Position numbers and translations under genes: made by a program. Of a stretch of 64,000 nt of DNA, positions 61,263 to 64,000 are shown piece by piece. Location: assembly GCF_021869535.1 (NCBI RefSeq), contig NW_026262582.1, positions 52,390,001 through 52,454,000 of the forward strand, written 5' to 3'. Numbering within the stretch: the stretch's first letter is position 1; the number at the start of each line of letters is the position of its first letter. The notes beneath the pieces were generated by a model. It did not search any database, was not told where the DNA came from, and was given only the letters and a program-made list of their open reading frames with translations. The stretch is from Mytilus californianus. Taxonomy: Eukaryota.

Positions 61263-61343
61263 AATACATTACTAGCCCTGACAGCAGAGGGATGGTGTTA
61301 CTTATTTGAAGTCGTAGCTGAAGTAAAGAAAGATGAAAGTAAG
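61263..61343 (+). CDS. ITFG2: ITFG2 exon 4: NTLLALTAEGWCYLFEVVAEVKKDESK
   Basis: Matches NLLVAVSAEGWFHLF. Canonical splice sites. Confidence 0.92.
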
Positions 61344-61572
61344 GTTAGTACTGTATTCAAGGACAACTACTTGAAAATGTAAGGGCTACCTACTTCCCAT
61401 TTGCTATAGATCTAGTTTCATTTGTTGTTACAAATTTTGGTGAAATTAAAAAAAAAATGTCTATCATTTTGTGACTGTCAGTCTGACATTGCTTACACAG
61501 TAGAGTAAACCATAAAGTTATGTATTGGAGATCTCTGAATGCCCAAATAAAGATTTGAGATGAGAAAATTAA

Positions 61573-62151
61573 AGGAGTAGGTTCTATAAGGTCCTAAAAT
61601 GGCCCCTAATTCTAGCTTAAATTTGAAATTAGGATTTATTGACCTATGTCATAAATCATAGCTAATACAATGACTAAATAGGACATACGTCTTGTCTTTT
61701 TGTTGAAAATTCACGTACTTTCTTTCTATTCATGATGTCTCAAATAGATCTCATTTTGATTTTCCGCCAAAATTCGATGAAAACAGGTAAATTAACTTTG
61801 ATTTTTTGACAAGAAACATAGAGCGCATGTGTCGCTTAAAAAAAATCTTTTAACATAATGTTTGTAATGACATTTTATATATATGACTTGAATATTTAGT
61901 TTGTCGAAGCCTGCACTCCTTGTTTCCTGTGTCTTAATTTGGTTGAAATCCAGACGATTTTGTCTTATTTTGCAAAAATCTGTTTTTAACCTATTTTGGG
62001 TGTAAAAATCAACGCCTTATAATAAAACTTTGACAAAAATAGTTCTATTTAACCTTCTCAAGTGTCTTTTCATCAACTTAAAGCATTTGTTATCATAAAA
62101 CATTGAAATTAATAATCGGGACCAAATATGGCCCTTACCAAACTTACTCCT
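61573..62151. mobile_element. Kolobok-like MITE with degenerate right end
   Basis: TTAA|AGGAGTAGG ... CTTACTCCT, with imperfect TIR extension. Confidence 0.55.
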
Positions 62152-62600
62152 TTTCCTTTAAAAAGCTGAGATTTTAAGGCAAATATAATAAGAACAAGGA
62201 TTGAAATCTTTCCCTTGGTATCTAATCTTTGTGAGAGAACTAGACAGTAGACTTATATTCTGGAAGTTTTGCACAAAGATCTTTAAAAAAAAATAACATG
62301 ACTTCTGCAAAAAAAGTCACTACAAGTCATCAAATGATTTTCATTTATGTACAAGCTCTTAAACCACATGGCAGTATAAATGTATGCTATCAATATAAGT
62401 ACAAATAACACAGAACTCAAGTTTAAAGATGAAAATGTATTTACGAGAGACCAATGAAAATTTGACGTAAAATGCAAATTTCAAAATAAACAAAAACAAT
62501 AGAGACAAAGGATTAGGGAATTCCTGATGGTACATGCATTTTGACAAGAAGAGTGGTAATACTATAGCTAGTTAAAGTAGATCTGAAAAAACTAGTTTAA

Positions 62601-62988
62601 GGATGTTCGCTCCTCTGTTTCAAAATAACAAGCTTTTTAAAAGACTGTCATAAATGGGTAGTATATGAATAACGGAACTTAAAAAGTAGAAAATAAGGAC
62701 AGGTTCGTGTCCTTGTTTTTGATATATAATCAATCGAAATTTTGGCGGGAAATGATTCTCTCTAGATTTTTCATACATTTAACATTGGCACCTTTTTTCT
62801 TTCAAAAACTATGAAAAAATAACAAGGATTTTATAAGATTTTCAAAAATGGCTTTTTAAAATATATGTAATAAAAATATAAAAAGAAAGTAGGGATCAGT
62901 GGGCAAAACATTTATTGGCATTACATGGATAAAACTAGAGGATTCTGAATATCTGACGAAAAGTCAAAAACAAGAGTAGCGAACATCC
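62601..62988. mobile_element. Kolobok-like MITE
   Basis: TTAA|GGATGTTCGCT...AGCGAACATCC|TTAA. Confidence 0.8.
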
Positions 62989-63322
62989 TTAACCCTGCCA
63001 AATGTTCATGTGCCTGCCCTAAGTCAGTTACCTTGTCAATGGTTGTATTTTGTTAGTGAAACTTTTTTGTATTTTTTGCTATTTGAATTTGGATTGATGG
63101 CAGATTTTTTATTGTCTTTGTTTGATTCATTTTTATTTGTTCTAGACTCGAATTTAAAAGAGAAAGATATAGTCAATGGCTGTTGAAGACCATAATTTGA
63201 TCTTTCTGTTTTTTTTTCATTGAGTTGTTGTCTCATTTACATATAACTAACATCCTATTTTGTAAAGACCTCCCATTTGACCTAATTCATTCTGAATTGT
63301 ATATTTTATTTTCATATTGTAG

Positions 63323-63422
63323 ACTGAAACAGATGCAGAAGATGAAAATAAAATTATTCTAAAGCCACACTATACTCAACATTTACCAGCTAATGGAAAG
63401 TCTTTGTTAATAGCAGATGTAG
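63323..63422 (+). CDS. ITFG2: ITFG2 exon 5: TETDAEDENKIILKPHYTQHLPANGKSLLIADV+G. The gene continues beyond the window.
   Basis: Matches QHIPANTKVMLISDI. Phase-1 donor GTAAG. Confidence 0.92.
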
Positions 63423-64000
63423 GTAAGATATACAAAATTAAAGTAAGTAAACTTTCTTTTCGTTTTTTTTTGTTTTTTCTGTTGGTTTTTAAAGGCAGTG
63501 CTTTAATGCCTTTCTAGTTGCCGTGTTAATCTTTCTTTCCGCGATATCCAACTTATCTACGTGGGGGGTCATTAGGCTCCAAGTAGATCCGGAAAATGTT
63601 GATTCTCTCCTCTTCTTATTGTGATATAAAATGTTTTTTGTTTCATTTCATTTACATTGGGAAATAGAGAAAAGATCATTGTGTTTTGTTAGTTTTAAAA
63701 ACTTTTGATATATTTGTATTTTACATTATAAGCAGTCAACCGATTGACAAACTAGAATGATTTGAATTCCGTGTGGAAAGAGGTCGGGTTAATTTCGAGT
63801 GTTATCTGCAATCTAGATGTTTATAAATCATTTCAGTCGTTGATATAATAATTAAAGGTCGACTGAACATGAATTATATTATACAATTTAAAGCGCATTT
63901 CTGTTTATGCACGCGAACCCGTCTAACGTAATTGTTATTTCGCGGTTATATAAAGTAGCAAATTATCGTTCCTGAATAGGTGGCGCCGTGGTAGCCGATC

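Noticed and set aside
3025-63236. Most remaining 60-150-aa ORFs in the track
   Set aside because: Low-complexity F/L/I/K-rich translations of AT-rich intronic or repeat DNA with no recognisable domains.

Overview
AT-rich, intron-rich animal genomic DNA. The repeat content suggests a bivalve mollusc, probably Mytilus-like (inference). Three host genes can be rebuilt from splice signals and translation. LSM5 (+, 5 coding exons, 370-7374) has a U12-type second intron. RPS26/eS26 (-, exons 41320 to 36199) has a 40-aa Gly-rich tail and a candidate poison exon or AG|GT site. The first five exons of ITFG2 (+, 57114-63422) run on past the window end. A possible first exon of a divergent gene lies at 4-70. 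The rest is mostly mobile DNA: an integrase-less Gypsy element with open gag and PR-RT-RH frames and a TTTAAAC -1 frameshift signal, CR1-type and RNase H-bearing LINE fragments, Helentron-like HINEs with internal arrays, Kolobok-like and Tc1-like MITEs, an EnSpm-like element carrying a 51-bp minisatellite, and a GAGGGT...ACCCTC MITE group with 6-bp TSDs. The most notable signal is five SECIS-like stem-loops, one pair showing a compensatory base change, in the 3' UTRs of two families of Penelope-like retroelement fragments. This points to selenocysteine-using, Naiad-type retroelements spreading SECIS elements through the genome. All calls are by eye and need the stated computational checks.
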